From Dehalococcoidia bacterium (GTDB lineage: Bacteria; Chloroflexota; Dehalococcoidia; Bin125), in assembly GCA_965242565.1 (NCBI GenBank), contig OZ251457.1, positions 1,935,863 through 1,999,862 of the forward strand: a stretch of DNA of 64,000 nucleotides. The letters are read 5' to 3'. A program made the position numbers and the translations under genes. This document shows, piece by piece, positions 54,053 to 64,000 of this stretch. The notes under the pieces are model-generated. The model searched no databases. It had not been told where the DNA came from and saw only the letters and a list, made by a program, of their open reading frames with translations. Every line of letters begins with the position of its first letter. Position 1 is the first letter of the stretch.

Positions 54053-55552
54053 ATGATCCGACACGGCGCGAACCCGCGCATCCTCCTCGCCCTGCTCGCC
54101 GCCGCGGCCGTGCTCGCCGCCGCCGTCGGCATCGGCGCTTCCAACGACGACCTCTCTCCGCCGCCCGACCTCGCCGCCGATGTCGTCCGCTTCGGCGTCA
54201 ACCAGGCCCGCAGCGACCCGCGCGGCTACGTCTTCGACATCGAACAGGTGCGCACCTACTCCATCGAAATCGAGCCCGCCGAGTTCGAGCGCCTCCAGGC
54301 CGACCCCCGCGCCGAGCAGTTCGTCCGCGCCTCCGTTCGGCTCGGCGACGAACGCTGGGAAAACATCGGCCTCCGCTACAAGGGCTTCTTCGGCATCCTC
54401 TTCACCTGCTTCGACGATCAGGGCAATCAGCTTTGCCCCAAACTCGCCTACAAAATCAAGTTCAACGAGTACGAGCCGCGCCAGCGCTTCTACGGCATGA
54501 AGCGGCTCAACTTCCACCCCATGAAGGACGACGCCGCGCAGATGCGCGAGGTGCTTTCCTACGAACTCTTCCGCGAGTTCGGCGTCGCCGCGCCGCGCTC
54601 CGTCTACGCCCGCCTCGAACTCAACGGTAAACCGCTCGGACTCTTCACACTAACCGAGGACATCGACGACCGCTTCATGGCCGACCGCTTCCGCGACGGC
54701 GGCGCGGGCGTGCTCTACAAGGAAGTCTGGCCGACCAGCGCCCGCACCGCGGGCGAACTCGCCGAGTACCAGGGCCGCGCCGGCGTCAACGCGACCGCCG
54801 GCGCGCGCACCGCCGCGGCCGCGCCGGCCAACGCACGCCTGCCCGTCGGACTCGCCGAAGCCGTCGCCCGCAACCCCAACGACCGCCCCGCCACCGGCTT
54901 CCTCGACTTCGCCGCGGCGCTGCTCGCGCACGAGGACGACGACGCGGCGCGCCTCGCCGCGATCGAACGCAACCTCTCCGACATCGACGCCTTCTGGCGC
55001 TACCTCGCTGTCGATCGCTTGATTGACAACTGGGACGGCATCGTCGGCTGGTACTGCGTCCCCGTCTGCCAGAACCATAACTACTTCTGGTACGAAAACG
55101 CCAACGACGGCCGCTTTACCCTGATCCCCTGGGACCTCGAGCAAAGCTGGCGCGACCCCAGCCCGATCCGCACCTATTTCGATATGCCCGACTGGGATGA
55201 TCTGCACCGCAGCTGCCGCACCCGCAAGGTCTTCTGGAACCTCGACGCCGTCGCCCCTTTCTGCGATCCGCTGATCGGCGCAGCCGTGCGCGAGGGTTGG
55301 GGCCGATACATCGCCGCGTCGCGCGAGCTGATCGAAGAGCGATACTCGCTCGATGTCCTGCACCGGCGCATCGACGAGCTCGCCAAGATCGTCGAACCCC
55401 ACGTAACGACCGACGAGTTCGGCCCCGGCGAGCGCGAGTGGCGCCGCGCCGTCGAGCTGCTGCACAGTGAGGTCGAGGCGCGGTTCACTTACATCGCCGA
55501 CAAAATCGCAGCCTGGGACGCCAAACGGGAAGGGGCCGACGACGATGCCTGA
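54053..55552 (+). CDS. CotH kinase family protein (secreted)
   Basis: Signal peptide. CotH core YSIEIEPAEFERLQADP...ENIGLRYKGFFG...KLAYKIKFNEY...MKRLNFHPMKDDAAQMREVLSYELFREFGVAAP. Confidence 0.7.
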   Translation: MIRHGANPRILLALLAAAAVLAAAVGIGASNDDLSPPPDLAADVVRFGVNQARSDPRGYVFDIEQVRTYSIEIEPAEFERLQADPRAEQFVRASVRLGDERWENIGLRYKGFFGILFTCFDDQGNQLCPKLAYKIKFNEYEPRQRFYGMKRLNFHPMKDDAAQMREVLSYELFREFGVAAPRSVYARLELNGKPLGLFTLTEDIDDRFMADRFRDGGAGVLYKEVWPTSARTAGELAEYQGRAGVNATAGARTAAAAPANARLPVGLAEAVARNPNDRPATGFLDFAAALLAHEDDDAARLAAIERNLSDIDAFWRYLAVDRLIDNWDGIVGWYCVPVCQNHNYFWYENANDGRFTLIPWDLEQSWRDPSPIRTYFDMPDWDDLHRSCRTRKVFWNLDAVAPFCDPLIGAAVREGWGRYIAASRELIEERYSLDVLHRRIDELAKIVEPHVTTDEFGPGEREWRRAVELLHSEVEARFTYIADKIAAWDAKREGADDDA

Positions 55553-57131
55553 CCTGATCATTCGCGGCGCGCAACTGATTGACGGCAGCGGCGCCGACGC
55601 GCTCGGCGCCGATCTCGCCGTCGACGGCGACCGCATCAGCGCGATCGGCGACCTCAGCGGCCAAACCGCGGCGCGCGAGATCGACGCAACCGGCCTGACC
55701 GTAACGCCCGGCTTCATCGACACCCACGCCCACTCCGACGGCATCCTGCTGCGCGAACCGCAGCACGCAAGCGGTCTGCTGCAGGGCGTGACCACCGAAA
55801 TCATCACCCAGGACGGGCTCTCCTATGCTCCGCTCTCCGCCGAAAATCTGGCGTCCTACGGACGCTATCTGGCCGGACTACTCGGCCCGCCGCCGACCGA
55901 TCTCGACATGTCCAGCATCGCCGCGATGCGCGGGCATTACCAGGGCAAGGGCTGCAACGTCGCCGTGCTCGCGCCGCACGGACCGATCCGCCTCTCCAGC
56001 GTCGGCTTCCGCGATGTGCCGCTCGTCGGCGACGCGCTGGCCGAGGCGCAGCGGCTGATCGCCGAGAGCATCGAGCAGGGCGCGCTCGGCTTCTCCACCG
56101 GCCTCTCCTACTACCCCAACTCCTACAGCGATACCGAAGAACTGGTCGCGCTCAACCGGACCGTCGCCGCGTACGGCGGCGTCTACGTCGTACACGTCCG
56201 CAACCATAACGACGATCGCGCACCAGGCGGCACAGGCATCACCGAAGCCCTCGAAATCGGCCGCCGCACCGGCGTACCGGTTCATGTCTCCCACTACCGC
56301 ACCCATCCCAATAACGCCGGCCAGGTCGCGGAGCTGATGGCCGAGATCGACGAAGCCAAGGGCGACGGCGTCGACGTCACGCTCGAAACCTACCCCTACG
56401 CCGCTGCCGCCACCGTGCCCGGCTACTTTCTCGCCGGCGAATTCCACGAAGGCGGCGTAGACGCCTTGCTGGAGCGGCTCGCCGACACCGGACTCCGCCC
56501 CCGCCTGCTCGAATCGATGCGCACCCTCTTCCCCGGCGCGCTCGAGGGCTCTGCCTGGACCTGGATCGATCATCCGCGCCTGCGCCGCTTTGAGGGCGTG
56601 GCGATGGCGGACGCCGCCGCCTCGCAAGGCCTCAGCGTCGAAGAACACGTACTCGATGTGATGCTCGAATCCAGCCTCGCCTGCGGCTTCCGCTATCTCC
56701 CGCCCGCCAGCGTGACCGTCACCCGCCAGATCGAAGCCGACGTGATAGCGCTGCTGCGCCGCCCCGATTACACCGTCGGCAGCGACGGCATCCCCTTCAC
56801 CGACGGTATGCCGCACCCGCGCGCCTACGGCACTTTCCCGCGCATCCTTGGACGCCTGCGCCGACGCCACACCACGATCCCGGTCGAGCATCTCGTGCGC
56901 GGTATGACCGGCCTCTCAGCCGAGCGCTTCAAGATCACCGATCGTGGCCTGCTCCGCGAAGGCGCGTTCGCCGACATCGCCGTCTTCAACGCCGAAACGC
57001 TCGTCGACGGCGCGTCGTTCGAGGACCCCAAAGCGCCGCCCGCCGGTATGGAGTATGTGCTCGTCAACGGCCAGATCGCCGTCGAACGCGGCAAGGTCAC
57101 CGGCGCACTGGCCGGCCGCGCTGTGCCCTGA
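55545..57131 (+). CDS. D-aminoacylase (N-acyl-D-amino-acid deacylase) family amidohydrolase
   Basis: MPDLIIRGAQLIDGSGA...TPGFIDTHAHSDG is the N-terminus of the D-aminoacylase family. Start ATG 55545 overlaps the CotH stop. Confidence 0.75.
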   Translation: MPDLIIRGAQLIDGSGADALGADLAVDGDRISAIGDLSGQTAAREIDATGLTVTPGFIDTHAHSDGILLREPQHASGLLQGVTTEIITQDGLSYAPLSAENLASYGRYLAGLLGPPPTDLDMSSIAAMRGHYQGKGCNVAVLAPHGPIRLSSVGFRDVPLVGDALAEAQRLIAESIEQGALGFSTGLSYYPNSYSDTEELVALNRTVAAYGGVYVVHVRNHNDDRAPGGTGITEALEIGRRTGVPVHVSHYRTHPNNAGQVAELMAEIDEAKGDGVDVTLETYPYAAAATVPGYFLAGEFHEGGVDALLERLADTGLRPRLLESMRTLFPGALEGSAWTWIDHPRLRRFEGVAMADAAASQGLSVEEHVLDVMLESSLACGFRYLPPASVTVTRQIEADVIALLRRPDYTVGSDGIPFTDGMPHPRAYGTFPRILGRLRRRHTTIPVEHLVRGMTGLSAERFKITDRGLLREGAFADIAVFNAETLVDGASFEDPKAPPAGMEYVLVNGQIAVERGKVTGALAGRAVP

Positions 57132-57145
57132 GCACTACATGGGCG

Positions 57146-58384
57146 CTACTGAATCACGCCCTCGATCAGCAGCTCCGTAAATTCCTCCTCGCTGTAGCCC
57201 AGCAGCTCGCGGTAGACGTACTCGTTGTCCTGCCCCAGCAGCGGCGCGTGCGCGGGGCGCGGCGGCGGCGTCTCCGACAGCCGCCAGGCCGGGCTTTCGT
57301 AGCTCACCTCGCCGATCACCGGATGCTCGCTGCCCCACCAGTGCTCCCGATCCGCCAGCTGCGCATCCTCGTGCGCGTCCTGCATCGCCGACACTCGGTG
57401 CGCCGGCACGCCCATCGCTTGCAGCGCTTCCTCAACTTCTTCCACGCTGCGCGAGCAGGTCCACGCAGTAATTCGCGCCTCCAGCTCACCCTGCGCCGCC
57501 AACCGCCCTGCTACTGATGCGTAACGCGGATCAGCCGCCAGATTCTCGCCCTCGGATATCACATCCGCCAACGCCCGCCACTGCTCGTCGCTTGTCGCCG
57601 CAATCGCGCACCAGCGATCCTCGCCCGCGCAGCGGAACACCCCGTGCGGCGCATGCCGCAGATCGCGGTTGCCCAGCGGCGGCTGCACTCGCCCCGTATT
57701 GAGCGCGTCGATCAGCGTCGCATCCAGCACCAGCGACGACGCCTCCAGCTGCGATACGTCGATGTACTGCCCTTCGCCCGTGCGCCGCCGATGATCCAGC
57801 GCCGCCAGCAGCGCGATGATCGCCACGTGCGTCGCGATCCAGTCCGTGTACGCCACGCCCGTGCCGACCGGCTCGCGATCCGGCCAGCCCGTCAAACCAG
57901 TGACGCCCGCCGTCGCCTGCAACGTCAGCCCGAAGCCTCGAAAGCCCGCGTGCGGTCCCGTCTGCCCTTCCATCGACATTGAGGCCATAATCAAATCCGG
58001 CTTCACCGCCTGCAAATCTTCCCAGCCCAGCCCGATCCGATTGAGAAAGCCCGGCGCGAACGAATCGGTAACAATGTCCGACACCGCCACCAGCCGCTTG
58101 GCGACCTCGACCGCGCGCGGATGCTGCAAATTCAGCGCCATCCCCAGCTTGCCGCGGTTGAACTTCGCAAAGTACGCGCTTCCGTCAAGCGACGTTACGC
58201 CCGCCGGACGCGGTCCGCCCGCCCGAAACGTATCGGGCTTCAGCGACGACTCGATCCGCACCACCTCCGCGCCGTGAAACGCCATCTGCATCGTCGCGTT
58301 CGGCCCCACGCCGACCCACGCAAAATCGGCGATTCGTACTCCCTCGAACACGCGCAGCGCCGGCGGACGCTCCTCGCTGCTCAT
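57146..58384 (-). CDS. CoA-transferase family III (CaiB/BaiF) protein
   Basis: LRVFEGVRIADFAWVGVGPNATMQMAFHGAEVVRIES. Start ATG 58384 (MSSEERP); the ORF-track extension is Gly/Ala-rich junk. Confidence 0.75.
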   Translation of the reverse strand: MSSEERPPALRVFEGVRIADFAWVGVGPNATMQMAFHGAEVVRIESSLKPDTFRAGGPRPAGVTSLDGSAYFAKFNRGKLGMALNLQHPRAVEVAKRLVAVSDIVTDSFAPGFLNRIGLGWEDLQAVKPDLIMASMSMEGQTGPHAGFRGFGLTLQATAGVTGLTGWPDREPVGTGVAYTDWIATHVAIIALLAALDHRRRTGEGQYIDVSQLEASSLVLDATLIDALNTGRVQPPLGNRDLRHAPHGVFRCAGEDRWCAIAATSDEQWRALADVISEGENLAADPRYASVAGRLAAQGELEARITAWTCSRSVEEVEEALQAMGVPAHRVSAMQDAHEDAQLADREHWWGSEHPVIGEVSYESPAWRLSETPPPRPAHAPLLGQDNEYVYRELLGYSEEEFTELLIEGVIQ

Positions 58385-58389
58385 CACGC

Positions 58390-59184
58390 TCACCGCCCCA
58401 CGAAGCGCGGATCGCGCTTCTCGGCGAACGCTCGCGCGCCCTCGCGGTGATCCAGCGACTGCCGCAGCAGCGACTGATTCAGCTCCTCCAGCTGCGCCTG
58501 CGACCGCACATCCTGGTTCACCGCCGCGTAGATCGCCCGCTTCGTCAACCCCGCCGCGAACGGCGCGTTGCCCGCCAGCCGATCCGCCAGCGCCAGCGCC
58601 GCCGGCATCAGCTCCTCCTGCGGATGCACCTGATTCACGATGCCCAACTCCAGCGCCCGCTCCGCGCCGATCGGATCCGCCGTCCAGAAAATCTCCAGCG
58701 CCCGCGAGTGCCCCACCAGCCGCGTCAGCGTCCACGACGCCGCCCAGTCCGGCCCCAGTCCGCGCCGGATGAACGCCGGATGCAGCCGCGCCGCGTCCGA
58801 CATCAGCCGAATGTCGCAGGCCAGCGCGATCGCGAAGCCCGCACCCGCCGCCGCGCCGTTAATCGCCGCGATTACCGGTATCTCTAGCGCCTGCAGCTCC
58901 GCCGCGAAACCGTAACGCAGGTCCGTGCTCTGCAAGCCCGGCTCGGCTTCCGCCGCCAGCGCCGCGTCGCGGTTCGACATATCCGCGCCCGAGCAGAAAC
59001 CGCGCCCTGCGCCTGTGATCAGCAGCGCCCGCGCCTCGCGATCTGCGGTTAACTCCGCCGCCAGCTCGCGCAGACCGTCGCGCATCGCTCCGTCCAGCGC
59101 GTTCAGCTTCTCTGGGCGGTTCAGCGTAGCCATGACCACGCCGTTCCCGCGCCGCTCCACCAGTAGCGATTCGTTGCCGCTCAT
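58390..59184 (-). CDS. Enoyl-CoA hydratase/isomerase family protein
   Basis: VERRGNGVVMATLNRPEKLNALD...ITGAGRGFCSGADM. Confidence 0.8.
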   Translation of the reverse strand: MSGNESLLVERRGNGVVMATLNRPEKLNALDGAMRDGLRELAAELTADREARALLITGAGRGFCSGADMSNRDAALAAEAEPGLQSTDLRYGFAAELQALEIPVIAAINGAAAGAGFAIALACDIRLMSDAARLHPAFIRRGLGPDWAASWTLTRLVGHSRALEIFWTADPIGAERALELGIVNQVHPQEELMPAALALADRLAGNAPFAAGLTKRAIYAAVNQDVRSQAQLEELNQSLLRQSLDHREGARAFAEKRDPRFVGR

Positions 59185-59188
59185 ACCG

Positions 59189-60415
59189 TCAATTCCCTTC
59201 TGCGGCGATCAGCGCCGCGATTTCCTCGTTGTGCTGCCCGACAGTCGGCGCCGGACGCTCGCGCCACGGCGTACGCGACAGCACCGCTGGCGCGCCCGGC
59301 ATCCGCAGCCGCCCCAGCGCCGGATCCTCCACATCGCAGAAGAACGCCCGCGCCGCCAGCTGCGGACTCTCCGCCAAATCCTGCACCGTGTTCACCGGAC
59401 AGATCAGCACCCGGTGCCGCTGCCCCGACTCGTACAACTGCTGGCTCCCTCGCGCCGCGAAAAACGCCGCGATCTCCGCCTCCAACGCCGCCACCTCGTC
59501 GTCGCCCGGCAGCACCGAGCCGGCGATCGAGATGTTCGACCAATACTCCGCATCAAAGGTCGGTTCCACGCCTTCCGCCCGCATCCACGCCGCCAGATCC
59601 GTCATCCCGCGCGGTATCCGCACGAACGCGACGTAACCGTCCGCGCTCGGATACACAATCCGCGTCGCCCGATCCGCGAACGCACGCGCCCCGCCCGCCC
59701 GCTCCGTCTCGATCCCGTCCATCTCCCAGTACAGCCGCGCGTTGCCCAGCGTGTTCGCCATCGCCGCCTGCATCGACACATCCACATGCTGCCCGCGCCC
59801 CGTGACATGCCGCGCGTGCAGCGCGATCATCGCCGCCGAACCCGCGTTGAGCGCCGTCAGCGCGTAGGCCTGCTCCACGCTCGGACGCAGCGGCGCGCGA
59901 TCGCGGTCGCCGCAGAGCGACATCAGCCCGCCCGACGCCGCCCCGATCAGATCCGACGCCGCCCAGTGCGCCTTCGGCCCCGACTGCCCGAACGGCGTCA
60001 TCGAGACATAGATCAGCCGCGGCGCGCGCTCCCGCAGCTGCTCGTACCCCAGCCCGCGCGACGCCATCGCGCCCGGCGCGTCCGACTCGAAGAGAAAGTC
60101 CGACTCCCGCGCCAGCGCCCGCAGCCGCTCGCGGTCGCCCTCATCTTCCAGATCCAGCGTCACGCTCCGCTTCCCCGCATTCATCTGCGCCCAATAGAGC
60201 GAACCGGAGAGCGAGCCGCGCGGAGCGTCGGCGTCGTCAGCCAGAAACGGTCCGCGACGCCGCGACGGATGCCCGCCCGGCGGCTCCACCCGAATCACAT
60301 CCACCCCGAAGCCCGCCAGGATGCGCGAGGCCAACGCCCCGATCTCGGCGGTCAAATCCAGCGCCCGATACGGCGCGAGCGCAGCCGGTCCTTCTGCCAT
60401 TGTGTCTGCCGTCAT
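59189..60415 (-). CDS. CoA-transferase family III (CaiB/BaiF) protein
   Basis: YRALDLTAEIGALASRILAGFGVDVIRVEPPGG and the conserved Asp-containing middle region. Confidence 0.8.
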   Translation of the reverse strand: MTADTMAEGPAALAPYRALDLTAEIGALASRILAGFGVDVIRVEPPGGHPSRRRGPFLADDADAPRGSLSGSLYWAQMNAGKRSVTLDLEDEGDRERLRALARESDFLFESDAPGAMASRGLGYEQLRERAPRLIYVSMTPFGQSGPKAHWAASDLIGAASGGLMSLCGDRDRAPLRPSVEQAYALTALNAGSAAMIALHARHVTGRGQHVDVSMQAAMANTLGNARLYWEMDGIETERAGGARAFADRATRIVYPSADGYVAFVRIPRGMTDLAAWMRAEGVEPTFDAEYWSNISIAGSVLPGDDEVAALEAEIAAFFAARGSQQLYESGQRHRVLICPVNTVQDLAESPQLAARAFFCDVEDPALGRLRMPGAPAVLSRTPWRERPAPTVGQHNEEIAALIAAEGN

Positions 60416-60514
60416 ACGCGCAGGCTAACGACCGACCGACAGCAGCCGCCAACGCGCCCATCCGCTGTATGATCGCGCTTTGCCCCAGCCTTCCCGAAAC
60501 GAGGGAGAACCGCG

Positions 60515-61567
60515 ATGAGCCGCGTCATCCGCGCAGCGATCATCAACGCCACTGGCTACGTCGGCGCCGAACTCGCCCGCCTGCTCGCGCAGCACCCCAA
60601 CTTCGAGATCGCCTGCGTCACCGGCCGTTCCGAGGTCGGCAAGCGCCTGCCCCAGGTCTTCCCCCACCTTTGGTCCGTGGACCTGCCGATCGTCGCCGAC
60701 ATTGAGGGCGATGTGGACGTGATCTTCTCCGGCCTGCCCCACGCCGCCGCCGCCGAGCGGCTCGCCGTCTACGTGCGCGCCGGCGTGCCCGTCGTCGACG
60801 CCAGCGCCGACTTCCGGCTCTACGAGCTCGAACGCTACGAGCAGTGGTACGGCGAGCACCCCGCCCCCGAGCTGCTCGCCGACTCCGTCTACGGCCTGCC
60901 CGAACTGCACCGCGACGCGATCCGCGAAGCGCGCCTGGTCGGCGTGCCCGGCTGTTACCCCACCTCCGCGATCCTCGCCCTCGCCCCGCTCGCCGCGGCC
61001 GGCTGGCTTGAAGGCCGCACCGTCGTCGACGCCAAATCCGGCGTCTCCGGCGCAGGACGTGGGCTCAAGCTCACCTCCCACTTCTCCGAGGTCGACAGCT
61101 CGCTCAGCGCCTACGGACTGACCGGCCATCGCCACCACCCCGAGATGGTGCAGGAGCTTTCCGCGCTCCAGGACCCGGCCGCCGATGACGTGGAGGTCAC
61201 CTTCGTCCCCCACCTGATCCCGATGACCCGCGGCATCCTTGCCACCTGCTACCCCACCCTGCGCGAAGACGCGCTGCCGCCCGACCCCGACGCGCGCACG
61301 ACCGCCCTGCGCGAGCGCTACGACAAATTCTACGCCGATCACCCATTTGTCCACATCGCCGACGCACCGCCCGCCACCAAGCAGACGCTCGGCGCGAACG
61401 CCTGCCTCGTCTACCCAACCGTCGACGCCCCCACCGGCGAAGTCACCGTGATCAGCTGCATCGACAACCTCGTCAAAGGCGCGGCCGGCGGCGCGGTGCA
61501 GTGCGCCAACCTGATGTTCGGCCTGCCCGAAGACGCCGGCCTCTCCCGCATCGGCGTCTACCCCTAG
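60515..61567 (+). CDS. argC: N-acetyl-gamma-glutamyl-phosphate reductase
   Basis: AAIINATGYVGAELARLL N-terminal NAD motif. Active-site VGVPGCYPTSAILALAPL. Confidence 0.9.
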   Translation: MSRVIRAAIINATGYVGAELARLLAQHPNFEIACVTGRSEVGKRLPQVFPHLWSVDLPIVADIEGDVDVIFSGLPHAAAAERLAVYVRAGVPVVDASADFRLYELERYEQWYGEHPAPELLADSVYGLPELHRDAIREARLVGVPGCYPTSAILALAPLAAAGWLEGRTVVDAKSGVSGAGRGLKLTSHFSEVDSSLSAYGLTGHRHHPEMVQELSALQDPAADDVEVTFVPHLIPMTRGILATCYPTLREDALPPDPDARTTALRERYDKFYADHPFVHIADAPPATKQTLGANACLVYPTVDAPTGEVTVISCIDNLVKGAAGGAVQCANLMFGLPEDAGLSRIGVYP

Positions 61568-61576
61568 GAGGGATTG

Positions 61577-62803
61577 ATGAGCCAGTCCCACAGCATCGCC
61601 CACAGCCAGCTCCACAGCATCGGCGCGATCACCGCGCCGCAGGGCTTCAGCGCCGCCGCCTGCACCGCCGGGATCAAGGAGTCGGGATTGCCCGACCTCG
61701 CCCTGCTCGCCTCCGACCGCCCCGCCGCCGCCGCCGCCCTGTTCACCACCAACCAGACCCAAGCCGCCCCGCTCGGCGTCAGCCGCGACAATGTCGCCGA
61801 CGGCTCCCTGCGCGGCGCGATCATCAACTCCGGCAACGCCAACTGCGCCACCGGCCCGCGCGGCGTCGCCGACGCCCGAACCATGACCGAACTCGCCGCC
61901 GCCCAAATCGGCTGCGACGCCGACGAGATCTTCGTCAACAGCACCGGCATCATCGGCCACTTCCTGCCCATGGACCTGCTCCACGCCGCCGTCCCCAAAC
62001 TCGAGCCGCGCCCCAACGGCGGAGCCGACTTCGCCCGCGCGATCATGACCACCGACACCTTCCCCAAGGAAGCCGTCGCAACTTTCGAGGCCAATGGCCG
62101 CACCTACACGATCGGCGGCTGCGCCAAGGGCGCGGGCATGATCCACCCCAACATGGCCACCATGATCGCCCTCTGCACCACCGACGCCCCCATCGACCGT
62201 GCCCTGCTCGACGCCCGCTTCCGCCGCGCCATCGACCGCTCGATCAACATGGTCACCGTCGACGGCGACACCTCCACCAACGACACCGCCCTGATCCTCG
62301 CCAACGGTGCCGCAGGCGGCCCCACGATCACCGCCGCCGATGCCGCAGCCGTCGCCGCCTTCGACGAAGCGTTGGCCGCCGTCTGCGTCCCGCTCGCCAA
62401 AATGATCGCCACAGACGGCGAAGGCGCGACCAAGCGCATCGAAATGACCGTCATCGGCGCGCCCAGCTGGGAAAACGCCCGCGACATCGCACGCACCGTC
62501 GTCACCTCCCCGCTCGTCAAAGCCGCCCTCAGCAAAGCCGACCCCAACTGGGGCCGCGTCCTCATGGCGGCCGGCTACGCCGGCGTCCCCTACGAACTCG
62601 ACAAAATCAAAGTCTGGATCGGCGACCTGCTCGTCTTCGACGGCATCGCCACCGGCATCCCCGACGCCGAAGCCTCCAAACAAACCGTCGGCCCCGAAGT
62701 CCAAATCCGCCTCGACCTCGCCGCCGGAGACGCAGAAGCCACCGCCTGGGGCTGCGACCTCACCGAAGAATACGTCAGCTTCAACGCCGACTACGTCACC
62801 TGA
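61577..62803 (+). CDS. argJ: Bifunctional ornithine acetyltransferase/N-acetylglutamate synthase
   Basis: ATMIALCTTDAP autoprocessing site. SD aggagg 5 nt upstream of ATG 61577. It follows argC. Confidence 0.9.
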   Translation: MSQSHSIAHSQLHSIGAITAPQGFSAAACTAGIKESGLPDLALLASDRPAAAAALFTTNQTQAAPLGVSRDNVADGSLRGAIINSGNANCATGPRGVADARTMTELAAAQIGCDADEIFVNSTGIIGHFLPMDLLHAAVPKLEPRPNGGADFARAIMTTDTFPKEAVATFEANGRTYTIGGCAKGAGMIHPNMATMIALCTTDAPIDRALLDARFRRAIDRSINMVTVDGDTSTNDTALILANGAAGGPTITAADAAAVAAFDEALAAVCVPLAKMIATDGEGATKRIEMTVIGAPSWENARDIARTVVTSPLVKAALSKADPNWGRVLMAAGYAGVPYELDKIKVWIGDLLVFDGIATGIPDAEASKQTVGPEVQIRLDLAAGDAEATAWGCDLTEEYVSFNADYVT

Positions 62804-62804
62804 C

Positions 62805-62965
62805 CCTCTCCTCCCACCCTCACGTCATTCCCGCGCCGAAGAATCCGTCATACCCGCGCTTGCCGCGGGCATCTCGACGTGACCAGCACCCAACCCCCGC
62901 TCCCAAGATTCCGTCGCCCCAGACTTGATCTGGGGCCCAAACCTAACCCCCCTTCGCAGACCATC
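62805..62965. repeat. Repeat cluster ('cgtcattcccgcgcc', palindromic 'ccgtcatacccgcgcttgccgcgggcatctcgacg', and hairpin module 'ccccagacttgatctggggcccaaacctaacccc' at 62917-62962)
   Basis: Same family; sits in a convergent intergenic region. Confidence 0.6.
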
Positions 62966-62984
62966 CCGCCAGCGCCCTTAGGAA

Positions 62985-63974
62985 CTACTGCAACGGCAGC
63001 GGCGGCTGCCACCACGACGGACGCCCGCTCACCTCCACGCGCACGACCCACTTCACCCACCAATAGCCCCGACGCCCCGGCGCGACCAACCGCAGCGGCG
63101 CGCCGTGACCCGCGCTCAGACGCTCCCCGCCCACATGTGTCGCCAGCAGCAGCCCGCTCGCCTCTGCCGACGAGAAGCGCCGGCTGAAGCCCGTCGCCGA
63201 GCGCACCACCACGCTCTCCGCCTCCGCCGACGCCCCCGCCGCCTCCAGCAGCGACGCCAGCGAGACGCCCGACCAGTCCTGCTCCGTAAACCAGCCGCCC
63301 GTGCAATCCAGCGTCGCCCGCCGACTCGCCGCCGCCTCCAGATCCCCGTAGCCCAACCACAGCGGACGCTCCACCAGCCCGTCTACCGACAGCCGCCAGC
63401 GCTCAACGTCCAACCGCTGGCGATCGTCCGTCAGCCACTGCGTCACCGGAAAATCGTTCCCGCTCAGCGAGCCGCGCTCACGCGAGCCGGTGAAGCGCCG
63501 CGACTGCGCGACGGAATCCGCCCCTGCCCACAGCGCCAGCCCCGCTGTGCCCACCAGCCCCAGCCGCAGCGCATTGCGCCGGCTCGCAAAATCGCTCCGT
63601 CGCGGCCTCGACCAGCGCGCCGCCGCGTGCAGCAACAGCGGAATCGTCAGCCCCAGACCCAGCGCCGTATGCAGCACCAGCGGACGGATCGGCCCGTAGA
63701 GCGGCGCCCGAATCGGCCCGCTATCCGCCAGCATCCACCAGATACCCGTCCCCAGCGCGCCCAGAAACAGCCCCGCCAGCAGCAGCGGCGCAAACGCCCA
63801 AACCCCCGTCCCGCGCCGCCCGAACGACCGCGCGACAATCCGCCACTTCCACCCAATCAGCACCACCAGCGAAAACCCCGCCACCCCATGCACCCAGAAC
63901 ACCCACCGCCCCGAAGGCTCCCCCACCAAAAACCCGCCCAACCCCGAAAGAAGCTCAACCAACAGCAACCCCAA
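62985..63974 (-). CDS. Molybdopterin-dependent oxidoreductase (sulfite-oxidase family) with N-terminal transmembrane segment; the N-terminus may continue beyond the window
   Basis: LDCTGGWFTEQDWSGVSLASLL...LVAPGRRGYWWVKWVVRVEV matches the Oxidored_molyb catalytic domain. Hydrophobic N-terminal region. The frame is still open at the window edge. Confidence 0.6.
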   Translation of the reverse strand: MGLLLVELLSGLGGFLVGEPSGRWVFWVHGVAGFSLVVLIGWKWRIVARSFGRRGTGVWAFAPLLLAGLFLGALGTGIWWMLADSGPIRAPLYGPIRPLVLHTALGLGLTIPLLLHAAARWSRPRRSDFASRRNALRLGLVGTAGLALWAGADSVAQSRRFTGSRERGSLSGNDFPVTQWLTDDRQRLDVERWRLSVDGLVERPLWLGYGDLEAAASRRATLDCTGGWFTEQDWSGVSLASLLEAAGASAEAESVVVRSATGFSRRFSSAEASGLLLATHVGGERLSAGHGAPLRLVAPGRRGYWWVKWVVRVEVSGRPSWWQPPLPLQ

Positions 63975-64000
63975 AATCGCCAGATTCGTAGTCCGCGCCG

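Overview
This is a 64 kb window of a very high-GC (about 70%) bacterial chromosome; the taxon is not identifiable with confidence. Gene density is high and many six-frame ORFs are antisense or alternate-frame artefacts of the GC content.

Housekeeping and metabolic content I can support:
- A radical-SAM methylthiotransferase tail, scpB, a DUF503 protein and an MtaB/MiaB-like gene.
- A class-B penicillin-binding protein, glycerate kinase and an acyl-CoA dehydrogenase.
- A thiolase/DUF35 pair, a PQQ-type sugar dehydrogenase and an Ldh_2 dehydrogenase.
- Several CaiB/BaiF CoA-transferases and crotonases.
- A VTC/DUF4956/CotH cluster.
- argC and argJ.
- A sulfite-oxidase-family molybdoenzyme.

Accessory content:
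- Two Fic proteins (both with the HPFxDGNGRxxR motif) and an Mrr type IV restriction protein.
- An HTH-ImmA/IrrE + DUF4411 pair next to a fused type IIG-like restriction-modification enzyme.
- A RelE/ParE toxin with an unusual upstream partner.
- Two paralogous secreted giants of about 1400 aa built from about 37-aa RCC1-like repeats. One has a G14 homopolymer at its 5' end.

The most notable observation is a thioredoxin-fold + NHL-repeat gene at 24169-25662. It carries an in-frame TGA exactly where the first Cys of the CxxC redox motif belongs (FWTYA-U-INC). A perfect 8-bp hairpin follows it at SECIS-like spacing. A well-formed tRNA-Sec (selC, anticodon UCA) sits at 50840-50937 on the minus strand, which the ORF track cannot show. 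Together these indicate a selenoprotein that the ORF caller split into two pieces.

A dispersed family of structured intergenic repeats (hairpin modules with compensatory substitutions) occupies at least nine intergenic loci.

All coordinates are from manual reading and may be off by a few nucleotides; no database searches were possible.
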